This document shows positions 20,418 through 28,856 of a DNA stretch of 64,000 nt, one piece after another. The translations under genes were made by a program, and so were the position numbers. This stretch comes from Thermodesulfobacteriota bacterium (GTDB taxonomy: Bacteria > Desulfobacterota_D > UBA1144 > Nemesobacterales > UBA2774), in assembly GCA_965216785.1 (NCBI GenBank), contig OZ244197.1, forward strand, positions 1,440,001 through 1,504,000, given 5' to 3'. Within the stretch, counting starts at the first letter, position 1, and each line of letters begins with the position of its first letter. The notes under the pieces are model-generated. The model did no database searches. It was given only the letters and a program-made list of their open reading frames with translations, and was not told the origin of the DNA.

Positions 20418-21314
20418 TTATGCCCTTGGATGTGTTTTGTCGTAAATCTCCATTAGTTTCTCAATCGAAGTATGCGTGTACCTCTGTGTGGTCGAGAGGC
20501 TTTTGTGTCCCAACATCTCCTGAATTGCCCTTAAATCGGCCCCTCCGCCAAGCAGGTGAGTGGCAAACGTATGTCTGAGTACGTGCGGGCTTATGTTCTT
20601 TGGTATTCCCGCCACTGCCGCGTACTTTTTAATTATCCTGTCAACACTCCTCGTGGTCAGTCTGCCGCCCCTTGAGTTTACAAAAAGAAAGTCTCCCTTG
20701 GGTTTTAGCTCAAGCCTTCCATGAAGATATTTTGTAATCGCGTCTACTGCCTTTGAGCCTATAGGCGCCATTCTTTCTTTACTGCCTTTCCCGAGGACCT
20801 TTACGCTCATGGCTTTTAAATCCAGGTCCTGAAGGTTAATTCCCGTAAGCTCGCTTACCCTGAGCCCGCTTGAATAGAGCAGCTCCAGTATAGCGCTGTC
20901 CCTGGCCTCAAGCGGTGTGTCTGTACCGGGGGTCTCGAGTAGCTTTACCACCTCGTCTACAGTCAGGAACACGGGAAGCCTCTTTTCGCCTTGCGGTGTG
21001 GGAACGTGCTTTGCCATATTTTTTTTGATAACACCGTTTCTCATGAGGTACTCAAAGAATGTTCTGACCGACGCGATTTTCCTAGAGATCGACACCTTGG
21101 TATTCCTCGTGTAGAGCCAGCTTATGTATGACCTCACTTGTGTTTCGTCAAGCCCTGATATATCTGCGTGACCTTGTGGCAATAGGTTCTTGTCCCTAAT
21201 GAGCTTGCAGAACTCCTTTATATCCGTCATATAGGCTTTTACGGTATGTGCGGAATAGTTCCTCTCGGAGCTAAGGTAGTTCTTAAAACCCTCGATGTGC
21301 TGATCCATGGTCAA
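20418..21314 (-). CDS. xerC: Tyrosine recombinase XerC
   Basis: SGLRVSEL, GKGSKER, HVLRHTFATH, LGH, TQRYT; xerC-hslV-hslU order. Confidence 0.9.
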   Translation of the reverse strand: MTMDQHIEGFKNYLSSERNYSAHTVKAYMTDIKEFCKLIRDKNLLPQGHADISGLDETQVRSYISWLYTRNTKVSISRKIASVRTFFEYLMRNGVIKKNMAKHVPTPQGEKRLPVFLTVDEVVKLLETPGTDTPLEARDSAILELLYSSGLRVSELTGINLQDLDLKAMSVKVLGKGSKERMAPIGSKAVDAITKYLHGRLELKPKGDFLFVNSRGGRLTTRSVDRIIKKYAAVAGIPKNISPHVLRHTFATHLLGGGADLRAIQEMLGHKSLSTTQRYTHTSIEKLMEIYDKTHPRA

Positions 21315-21498
21315 GTTCTAATAATATAAACACCGAGGATTATCTTTCAATGATGAATTGTTTTGCTGGTTCATTATTCCCCGGACTGTATTTTTAGAGA
21401 GGATTTAGGGTATATCAAATAAGTATTCCGAGATCGTATATAGACGGTTGATAGAATATTTATGATGTTACCGGGTAAGTAAATCGACTATAACAGTC

Positions 21499-24084
21499 TT
21501 AAAAATCTTTTGAGTACTCGTCATAGAAAAGGCCTGAAACCTGGATCCTCTTCGCTCCGATATACCTGTTTCTGTAATAACGCTTGTTCATGTTGTCGAT
21601 AGATACCTTTTTGCGTGCCGATGAAGCGTGTATGAATTGATCGTCCCCAAGATATATGCCTACGTGTGAAGGGAACTTCGCGTAGGTTTGAAAGAACACC
21701 AGGTCTCCTGTGTCCAGCTGGCTTTTAGCGACCTTATGACCCGCTCTGTAGTATATGTCTCTCGCTGTTCTCGGAAGATTTACGTTAAAGCTGCTAAATA
21801 CCTTTTTTACATATCCCGAGCAGTCTATGCCGGTCTTGTAGGAGTTGCCGCCGAATTTGTAAGGAGCCCCAAGATATTTTTTCGCGACCCTGATAATTTT
21901 TTGCTTCGGTGATATTTCATTTTTAGAATGGTAACCGTTTGATTGGTAATTATTACTGGATTTTGCGCTATAGCTGTGCATGTACTTTGCGGTGCCGGGG
22001 ATCTTAATTGTTTGTCCCACTCTGATATTGCTGCTTTTGAGCTTGTTCGCCTGCTTTAAAGCTTTAACAGTTACACCGTGGCGCTTAGCTATTACTCCCA
22101 GCGTGTCGCCTCTTTTAACCCTATAGTCTTTTCTCAGATTGTTTGTTGCTTTAGCCGTAGTCTGTGTTTTTAATTGACTGCCCTTTCCGGGAACCTGTAG
22201 TTTCATGCCGACCCAGAGCTCGTTATTAGTCAGCCCGTTCGCAGCTTTCAGCTCGCTTACTGTAACGCCGTACTTGCTTGCAATACCTCCAAGCGTGTCT
22301 CCCGTAGCGACAGTATAATTCGCGTCTCCGCCTAGCGGCTTAGGTGTGGCTACATAATCGTGGGGTACGGGTATAAGGAGCACGTCCCCCTTGTTAATCC
22401 TGTTACTTTTAAGGGCACTTGCTTTCTTTAGATCTTGAACGCTTACATTGAAATGGTCCGCTATGCCGCTCAGAGTGTCACCGGATTTTACTACATATCT
22501 TTTCTTTACATACGCCGCTTGCGTCTTCTCGGGCTCTTTCTTCGTGACTACTGTTTTTTCAGTCTCTTTGCTCTTAGCCTGGACTGCATCTTCTTTTTTG
22601 TACTGACCCGGCACTTTCAGCACCTGACCGATTCTGAGAGTGTTGCTCCTGAGTCCGTTTTCACTCTTTAACTCTTTTTGAGATACTCCGAATTTAAGAG
22701 CAATCTGGCTTACCGTGTCCCCTTTCTTTACAGTATATTTCTCAGTCTGCTTCTGTTTCCTCAGGGTTTCCGTCTCATCTGCTTGAGGCTGTTTCTTTGA
22801 ACCCAGGGCGAGCTTCTGTCCGATCCTTACATTATTTCCTTTGAGGTTATTTTTCTTTTTTATATCGTTTATGGAAATATCGTATCTTTTAGAAATTACG
22901 TAGAGGCTGTCACCCTTTTTCACTACGTACTCATTAGGTACTTGAGGACTTGAATCGGCTGCTGCTTTTTTGGTTACAAGCTCTGATCCAGGCACTTTGA
23001 GCTTTTGCCCGATCTGGATGCTTTTACTGCCGAGGTTATTAATACTTATTAATTCTTTAGTGCTTACGCCTAGCTTCTCCGCTATCTCCCCCGGTGTATC
23101 ACCTTTCTTTACGACGTAAACGTCTTGTTTTGTGTTCTTAGTAGGTTTAGTTGTTTTTGTATCGGGTTTTTTCTCAGAGGCGGGGGTCTGAGCTTCTTTC
23201 TTTTGGGTTTCTTTTGCTATCTTTTTCGGAGTTTGCGCGCCGGGCACTCTTAGTACCTGGCCGATTTGAATACTCTTGCTTTCTAAATTATTAAGCTCGA
23301 TCAGCTCTTTCGTGCTGACTCCGAGCTCTTCGGCAATCTTGCCGGGAACGTCTCCTTTTTTAACAGTATAAGTTGCGGGAAGCGGTTTCGTCTCGCTTAC
23401 TTTTTGCGGCTCGGCGCTTGTAACGTTCTTAGAGCCGGAAGGCACTTTTAAGGATTGGCCGATACTTATATTATCGCTCTTAAGAGCGTTAAGCTCTTTA
23501 ATGGTTTTAGATGTAACACCGTAGCGGTCGGCTATGTGACCGAGCGTGTCGCCGCTTTTTACCGTGTATTTCCCCGACGGCTCGTCTTTTGGTCTTACGG
23601 TAATTTCGGTGTCAATTATAGGAGCGGCTTTTTCAGGACTCGCGGCAGTTTTTTGAGACTGCTCGTTTTTAACTGTTTTTGTTGATGTTTTCTGTGGCTG
23701 CTCGGAGGATGGTATTCTGAGCTTTTGTCCAATCTGTAAGTTTGCGTTTTTTAAGCCGTTTTCATGTTTTAAATCCTTGGTAGAGACACCAAGACGCTCG
23801 GCGATTTCGCCTAGAGTATCCCCCGATTTTACTACGTAAATACTATTTTTACTTCCAGCCTGGGAATTTTCCTTCTTAGAATTTGGGATTAACAGTTTGC
23901 TGCCAATCTTTAAATTATTATTGCTAAGGTTATTTTCTTTTTTTAATTCATCAATTGATACGTCGAACTTCCTTGATAGATCATAGAGATTATCCCCCTT
24001 TTTTACAATGTATTCCTGGGATGAATATGATATCAGTGGAAGAAGGAGCGCGATACAGAAAAGCAGTAAAAACCTGTAAACCAT
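21499..24084 (-). CDS. Secreted peptidoglycan endopeptidase with 10 LysM repeats and an NlpC/P60 domain
   Basis: Signal peptide; ten Y-x-V-x-x-G-D LysM starts counted; C-terminal DCSG...SHVGIY...FIHAS triad. Confidence 0.93.
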   Translation of the reverse strand: MVYRFLLLFCIALLLPLISYSSQEYIVKKGDNLYDLSRKFDVSIDELKKENNLSNNNLKIGSKLLIPNSKKENSQAGSKNSIYVVKSGDTLGEIAERLGVSTKDLKHENGLKNANLQIGQKLRIPSSEQPQKTSTKTVKNEQSQKTAASPEKAAPIIDTEITVRPKDEPSGKYTVKSGDTLGHIADRYGVTSKTIKELNALKSDNISIGQSLKVPSGSKNVTSAEPQKVSETKPLPATYTVKKGDVPGKIAEELGVSTKELIELNNLESKSIQIGQVLRVPGAQTPKKIAKETQKKEAQTPASEKKPDTKTTKPTKNTKQDVYVVKKGDTPGEIAEKLGVSTKELISINNLGSKSIQIGQKLKVPGSELVTKKAAADSSPQVPNEYVVKKGDSLYVISKRYDISINDIKKKNNLKGNNVRIGQKLALGSKKQPQADETETLRKQKQTEKYTVKKGDTVSQIALKFGVSQKELKSENGLRSNTLRIGQVLKVPGQYKKEDAVQAKSKETEKTVVTKKEPEKTQAAYVKKRYVVKSGDTLSGIADHFNVSVQDLKKASALKSNRINKGDVLLIPVPHDYVATPKPLGGDANYTVATGDTLGGIASKYGVTVSELKAANGLTNNELWVGMKLQVPGKGSQLKTQTTAKATNNLRKDYRVKRGDTLGVIAKRHGVTVKALKQANKLKSSNIRVGQTIKIPGTAKYMHSYSAKSSNNYQSNGYHSKNEISPKQKIIRVAKKYLGAPYKFGGNSYKTGIDCSGYVKKVFSSFNVNLPRTARDIYYRAGHKVAKSQLDTGDLVFFQTYAKFPSHVGIYLGDDQFIHASSARKKVSIDNMNKRYYRNRYIGAKRIQVSGLFYDEYSKDF

Positions 24085-24314
24085 ACCTTTACCTCCTAAA
24101 AGAAATTTAAGGACTTAGTGAATACTAGTCTCTCATTTCGCTCCTGTGCACCTCAAGGCACTCCGCATTCACAACCGTCCGAACCGGTAATTATATACTT
24201 CAGCTCCTAACAGTCATAAGACTGAACTTGTCATCATCTTCTATATACGCATATATAGATTTGAAACAGTATTTAATTTTCAAAGAGCTATTAAAACTCA
24301 ATCAGACTGAATTT
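24085..24314 (-). promoter_or_regulatory. Long structured 5' leader with boxA-like site (candidate cis-regulatory RNA)
   Basis: GCTCTTTGAAAATTAAAT (24288-24271) followed by several hairpins; family not identified. Confidence 0.5.
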
Positions 24315-24320
24315 CCAGTG

Positions 24321-24349
24321 ATTATACACTATCGGAAAGAATATTGTAA
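24321..24349 (-). promoter_or_regulatory. Sigma70-type promoter for the LysM gene
   Basis: TTACAA-17 bp-TATAAT on the minus strand. Confidence 0.55.
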
Positions 24350-24435
24350 GGGTATTTAAGTATTTTTCTTAATTCCGTGAGGGAACTCCGGAAATGAGAG
24401 TCGGCATTCATGTTTTCACGCGTAAACGCAAGTCA

Positions 24436-24762
24436 CTATTGTTTGAGCAAGGGAGTATTGTTCACCAGCCACTCGTTCAGCGGTAAACCCAAAAAGTGAA
24501 TGATATTAACTTTCCCGCCCTCATCTTTTTCTCTTATTAATATTTCACGTATGAGTGTCTCGGCAATCCGCTCTATATCGCCCCGGCCCATACCGTTTGT
24601 ATCTATGAACTCGGAGAGCCTGAGTGTGATTATTCCCCTACTGGGACTCTGAAAGTCCGAATCTTCTGAGTGCTCGATATTAAATGTAATATCAGACTCA
24701 GAAGGCGACTCAGCCTGGGTTCCGTCTATTCCTACAATTCGTATGTAATCGAGCGCGGGGAT
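24436..24762 (-). CDS. Hypothetical protein, 108 aa, probable non-canonical ATC start
   Basis: Open frame (M)PALDYIRIVGIDG...IIHFLGLPLNEWLVNNTPLLKQ*; SD AAGGTGGTGA 6 nt before ATC; in-frame TGA inside the SD excludes a further upstream start. Confidence 0.65.
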   Translation of the reverse strand: MPALDYIRIVGIDGTQAESPSESDITFNIEHSEDSDFQSPSRGIITLRLSEFIDTNGMGRGDIERIAETLIREILIREKDEGGKVNIIHFLGLPLNEWLVNNTPLLKQ

Positions 24763-24828
24763 TTGTGTTCACCACCTTAAGTAAACTTCTAAGCTTTAAG
24801 TACCGTTTATTCAACTAGGTGAGTACTG

Positions 24829-25074
24829 CTAATCGATCCTGTTAGTGCAAACGTAAAAGAATTCATCTCCAAGCTCCCAGTTTACGGTCATTATCTGCAG
24901 CTCCCCCCTGTCGCGCAGTTGTTTAAGCGCTTCTACTACTTGTATCTTAGTCTCTGTATATTCCCGCTCGGGATTGGCCTCTATCAGTTTATTCGTTATT
25001 GTATCGGTGTTGCTGTTGCCCTGATCCCAACCTTTACAAAGAACCATTAGTATTTCGGATTGCAGATCGTCCAT
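24829..25074 (-). CDS. Small hypothetical protein (possible winged helix)
   Basis: GGAG SD; EILMVL...QVVEALKQLRDRGELQI pattern is wHTH-like. Confidence 0.65.
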   Translation of the reverse strand: MDDLQSEILMVLCKGWDQGNSNTDTITNKLIEANPEREYTETKIQVVEALKQLRDRGELQIMTVNWELGDEFFYVCTNRID

Positions 25075-25206
25075 ATTCGTCTCCGTCCGCCGTCTTTTAT
25101 TCTTGTCTCAAAATCTTAAACGAAATATAGTGTATTATAGATTAAAGTTCAACAATTACGGAATGTGGAGCCGGTGGGCTCAGTATTATTGATATCATAA
25201 AACCTT

Positions 25207-26400
25207 ATGAAAGTTCTCCTGTATACACATGAATTTCCTCCTTTTCTTGGAGGTCTTGCGACAACAAGCTACAAGCTCGCTAAAGGGTTTTCAGACTCGC
25301 GGCTCAGCCCAATTGTGCTTGCTCCGGGGTATGGTGGCGGTGATAGAGAGGTTGACTCTTTGCTCCCATGTCCGGTCTACAGAATTCCCTCGCTCGGGAG
25401 TAAATGGATCAAGTTTGTCCCGTTTTTGGCTACATTGCTCGGATTAATTTACTTAACAATGACCGTTGCCCGGGAAAAACCGGATGCCGTTCTCTTTATC
25501 ACTGAGGAGGCTGAGACGGTGGGCGGGCTTATGCCGTGGTTTCCTTTCAAGCCGGTAGTGCGTGTTGCGGGCTCAGGGATCACTACGGCGTTCTATGGCT
25601 CTAAGCTGGGGAAAAAGCTCATGCGCTATCCTATGAAAAGACTATATACTCACTCAAGCCTCATTATTGCCGTTAGCCGGAACACAAAAGAGCTTATAGA
25701 AAGCATTGGCGTTAGCTCTGAAAAAGTGAAAGTAATATATAACGGAGTAGAGGAAAGCATGCTGTCAAACGCTCCCGATGTAGAGCGTATTACCCGCTTG
25801 AGAGAGCGCTTTGGTATAACCTGCTCGGACAAAGTGCTCATAACCGTGGCTAGAGTATTACCAAGAAAGGGGCAGGATACCGTGATAAATGCTCTCCCTC
25901 AGGTCGTTGCCGAATTTCCTAATCTTAAATATTTTGTTGTGGGTGAGGGCAGGTATCTGGATAATTTCAAAGAGCTTGCTAAAGAGCTTGGTGTTTCGGA
26001 GCACGTAGTATTTACTGGCGGAGTGAGGCACGAAGATACTTTAGATTATTATGATCTTGCCGATATTTTTATAATGCCTAACAGGTATTGGAACAATAAG
26101 ATAGAGGGTCTTCCCAACGCGCTCATCGAGGCTAGCGCGCGCTCAAAGCCGCTCATAGCAGGTGACCACGGGGGCTCTAAGGAGGCTGTTGAGGACGGAG
26201 TCACAGGGCTTCTCGTCGATCCTGAGAGCGTGGACGAGACGGCAAGCGCTATAATCGACTTACTTAGAGATGCAAAAAGAGCTAACGGCATGGGGAAAAA
26301 GGGCAGAGAAAAGGTACTGCAATCTCATACAGAAAGAGCCATGATACAAAACTACACACAAGCCGTTTGTGACGTAATGAACGGGGACGATAGTAATTAG
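25207..26400 (+). CDS. Glycosyltransferase family 4
   Basis: EFPPFLGG, IYNGV, ARVLPRKG, EGLPNALIEA, GGSKEAV. Confidence 0.92.
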   Translation: MKVLLYTHEFPPFLGGLATTSYKLAKGFSDSRLSPIVLAPGYGGGDREVDSLLPCPVYRIPSLGSKWIKFVPFLATLLGLIYLTMTVAREKPDAVLFITEEAETVGGLMPWFPFKPVVRVAGSGITTAFYGSKLGKKLMRYPMKRLYTHSSLIIAVSRNTKELIESIGVSSEKVKVIYNGVEESMLSNAPDVERITRLRERFGITCSDKVLITVARVLPRKGQDTVINALPQVVAEFPNLKYFVVGEGRYLDNFKELAKELGVSEHVVFTGGVRHEDTLDYYDLADIFIMPNRYWNNKIEGLPNALIEASARSKPLIAGDHGGSKEAVEDGVTGLLVDPESVDETASAIIDLLRDAKRANGMGKKGREKVLQSHTERAMIQNYTQAVCDVMNGDDSN

Positions 26401-26417
26401 TTCAAAAGGCGCACTCT

Positions 26418-27737
26418 ATGACAGACTCGAGCGGCTCACATAAAAAGCTTTTATTTAACGCCTCTTGGCTTTTCGGCGGGAAAACAGCCTCTGGCATATT
26501 CAACGCGCTACAGGTTATCATCCTTGCCAGGATACTCGGGGTTGCCGACTACGGCCTCCTGGTCCTAGTAATCTCATACATCGACATACTAAACCAGTTC
26601 TTCGACCTGCGCGTCTGGGAAACAGCGACCAAGTACATCGGCACTTACTGGGAAAAGGGCGAGCTCGACAAGACCCGCGCCATGATAAAGCTCTCCTACC
26701 TTCTGGACATATCGACCGGTATATTCGCTTTCATTATCGCCGTCGTCACAGCCAAGCTTATCAGCACTTATATCATCAAGTCTCCAGACGCCTACGTGTA
26801 TATCTGGATCTACTCACTCAGCCTCTTTATAAGTACGGCGAATTCTACATCCAATGCAATCCTTAGAGTGTTCGACAAATTCAAGACCATAGCGTTTATA
26901 GGCTCTATCCAAAACCTCATCAAGCTCGTACTCGTAGCGGCGGTTCTGTTTGGTGGATACGGTATTAAAGCCGTTTTAGTGGTATTTGTCGCCGTAAGCT
27001 TTTTCGGGTTTTTCATAAGAATTTGGGTAGTTCTCGGCATATTGAGTGAAAAAGGTCTCGGTGGCTTCTGGAATTCGAGTATCAGGCTCATCAGGGACCA
27101 GTGGAGGGGGATTGCGTGGTTCCTGGGCAATACGAGCTTTATGGCTACGATCAGGATCGGGAACGACAGGCTCATCGGGACGATGGTTTTAGGTTATTTT
27201 GCTGGCAAAGAAGCTGTAGGGTTCTACGACGTCGCGGGCTCGATCGCTAAATTCATAAAACGCATCGTGGACCCTCTGAACGAGGCTATTTACCCAGAGC
27301 TTGTAAAGATATCCTCAAATAACAGTGTTAATGAGATACGCAGCATAGTTGCCTATTCCACAAGGAACCTGATGAAGATCATTGTTCCTGTCTCCGTGAT
27401 CGCTATCATCTTCGCGGATTTCATTGTGGGGCTTTTATTCGGCGAGCAGTACCTGCCCGCCTCAAACGCTCTTCGTATCATCGCTGCTGCGGCTGTTTTA
27501 GCCAGGGCTACGTTCTGGATTAATTCAGTACTCCTTGCCCTCGGTAGACCTGGGCTAAGAACTGTGCTCGGTCTTGCAACCACTTTCGTATACCTCGTGC
27601 TACTTTTCCTACTCGTGCCCGCTTACTCCTACATAGGGGCGGCGGCAGCGCTCCTTGGGTTCTCGATCTTCAAATCTCTTTTTGCCTATTACCTCTACCA
27701 GGACTCCATAAAGACTATGGAGCGCAACAGCGCCTAA
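26418..27737 (+). CDS. Oligosaccharide flippase (Wzx/MOP family)
   Basis: Many TM segments; ILARILGVADYG, GFYDVA, LLFGEQY. Confidence 0.85.
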   Translation: MTDSSGSHKKLLFNASWLFGGKTASGIFNALQVIILARILGVADYGLLVLVISYIDILNQFFDLRVWETATKYIGTYWEKGELDKTRAMIKLSYLLDISTGIFAFIIAVVTAKLISTYIIKSPDAYVYIWIYSLSLFISTANSTSNAILRVFDKFKTIAFIGSIQNLIKLVLVAAVLFGGYGIKAVLVVFVAVSFFGFFIRIWVVLGILSEKGLGGFWNSSIRLIRDQWRGIAWFLGNTSFMATIRIGNDRLIGTMVLGYFAGKEAVGFYDVAGSIAKFIKRIVDPLNEAIYPELVKISSNNSVNEIRSIVAYSTRNLMKIIVPVSVIAIIFADFIVGLLFGEQYLPASNALRIIAAAAVLARATFWINSVLLALGRPGLRTVLGLATTFVYLVLLFLLVPAYSYIGAAAALLGFSIFKSLFAYYLYQDSIKTMERNSA

Positions 27738-27851
27738 GAAGAGAATATCCCTAGGATTCCGTCTAAATAATATTGTATATCATTCATAAAAAATGTTATC
27801 ATTGCACATAAATTATTATATATAAAAAGAAGGAGCAGGCTTCTCGTTCCG

Positions 27852-27978
27852 CAGCTAAACGGTGTTCTGAACGAAAGACCCATCCCGACATTCAGTCAGT
27901 GGGGGGCTGATCGCGATGGCCGGGCTAATAGGAATTTTTGGATTGCTAACTATACGTGCAAGGAAAACGGATGCATAA
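27852..27978 (+). pseudogene. Remnant 3' end of an IPTL-CTERM sorting-signal protein gene
   Basis: QLNGVLNERPIPTFSQWG, then one extra G in the G6 run, then LIAMAGLIGIFGLLTIRARKTDA*; no start codon or upstream body. Confidence 0.75.
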
Positions 27979-28044
27979 TTAATATATGTTTCATCCAGTC
28001 CCCCCCCTTATCCTCCTTTATCTGCAAGGGGGGCACATAGGAAT

Positions 28045-28075
28045 AAGAAGGGAGCTCAGGCTCCCTTCTTTTTTT
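28045..28075 (+). terminator. Rho-independent terminator
   Basis: aagaagggagc-tcag-gctcccttctt followed by ttttt. Confidence 0.85.
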
Positions 28076-28167
28076 ATACCCCGTAACTAATGGGCATCTC
28101 CTGAAAAACCTATTGAAATCACCATTGAAGCATATAAATTTTAACTATTCATTAGTAGGCAGGGAAA

Positions 28168-28803
28168 ATGCTTATATCCGAGTCAAAGAAGTTTCTTTTC
28201 GTACATATCCAAAAGACCGCGGGTAGGAGTTTTGAGGCGGTTTTGAAGGACAATATACCGGACCTTAAAAGTCTTCCCGGTACTCATGACCACGCCGCCT
28301 GGGTAAAGGACGATCTCGGAGACATTTGGGACGAGTTATATAAAGTCGCGTTTGTCAGAAACCCCTGGGACAGGCTTGTTTCCTGGTATGCGATGTTTCA
28401 GAGAAAAGGCAATACTACCTGGTATAAGCGTGTGACGGGACTTGGTAACTACAATAAAATAAGGCAATACGTGCTCGACAATACAAATTCGTTTGATGAG
28501 TTTATCTATAAATGCACGGATATTATTGAAGACTCCGACGGCAAAAAGAGTTTTTTGTATAACCAGCTTGATTACGTAAGCGATGCGGAAGGAGAAGTGA
28601 TGGTGGACTATATCGGCAGGTTTGAGAATATTGTCGAAGACACGGGCGTAGTATTCAAAAAGCTATGCATCGAGGGAGCTTCACTCCCCCATAAGAACAT
28701 CTCTGAGCACAGAAACTACCGAACGTATTACACTGACGAGACTAGAGACATCGTTGCTGAGCGTTACGCAAGGGACATTGAGTATTTCGGTTATGAATTT
28801 TAA
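28168..28803 (+). CDS. Sulfotransferase family 2 protein
   Basis: FVHIQKTAGRS (5'-PSB), FVRNPWDRLVS (3'-PB), IGRFEN, YARDIEYFGYEF. Confidence 0.9.
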   Translation: MLISESKKFLFVHIQKTAGRSFEAVLKDNIPDLKSLPGTHDHAAWVKDDLGDIWDELYKVAFVRNPWDRLVSWYAMFQRKGNTTWYKRVTGLGNYNKIRQYVLDNTNSFDEFIYKCTDIIEDSDGKKSFLYNQLDYVSDAEGEVMVDYIGRFENIVEDTGVVFKKLCIEGASLPHKNISEHRNYRTYYTDETRDIVAERYARDIEYFGYEF

Positions 28804-28856
28804 TAGATCAGCTCTATCTCAGGTAAACTCTCCTTTTATAAATAACCCATAACACC

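Noticed and set aside
20418-21314. Phage or ICE integrase
   Set aside because: The ~300-aa Xer-type protein sits in the housekeeping xerC-hslVU order; no att sites, cargo or dif site were recognised.
21499-24084. CRISPR-like periodic repeats
   Set aside because: The periodicity comes from in-frame LysM domains; there is no identical repeat-spacer array and no cas gene.
24085-24314. c-di-AMP (ydaO) or c-di-GMP riboswitch before the LysM/NlpC gene
   Set aside because: The context fits, but I cannot match the consensus motifs; kept as an unidentified leader.
27840-27980. Structured RNA or c-di-GMP-like riboswitch in the wzx-sulfotransferase gap
   Set aside because: Better explained as a decayed IPTL-CTERM coding tail.
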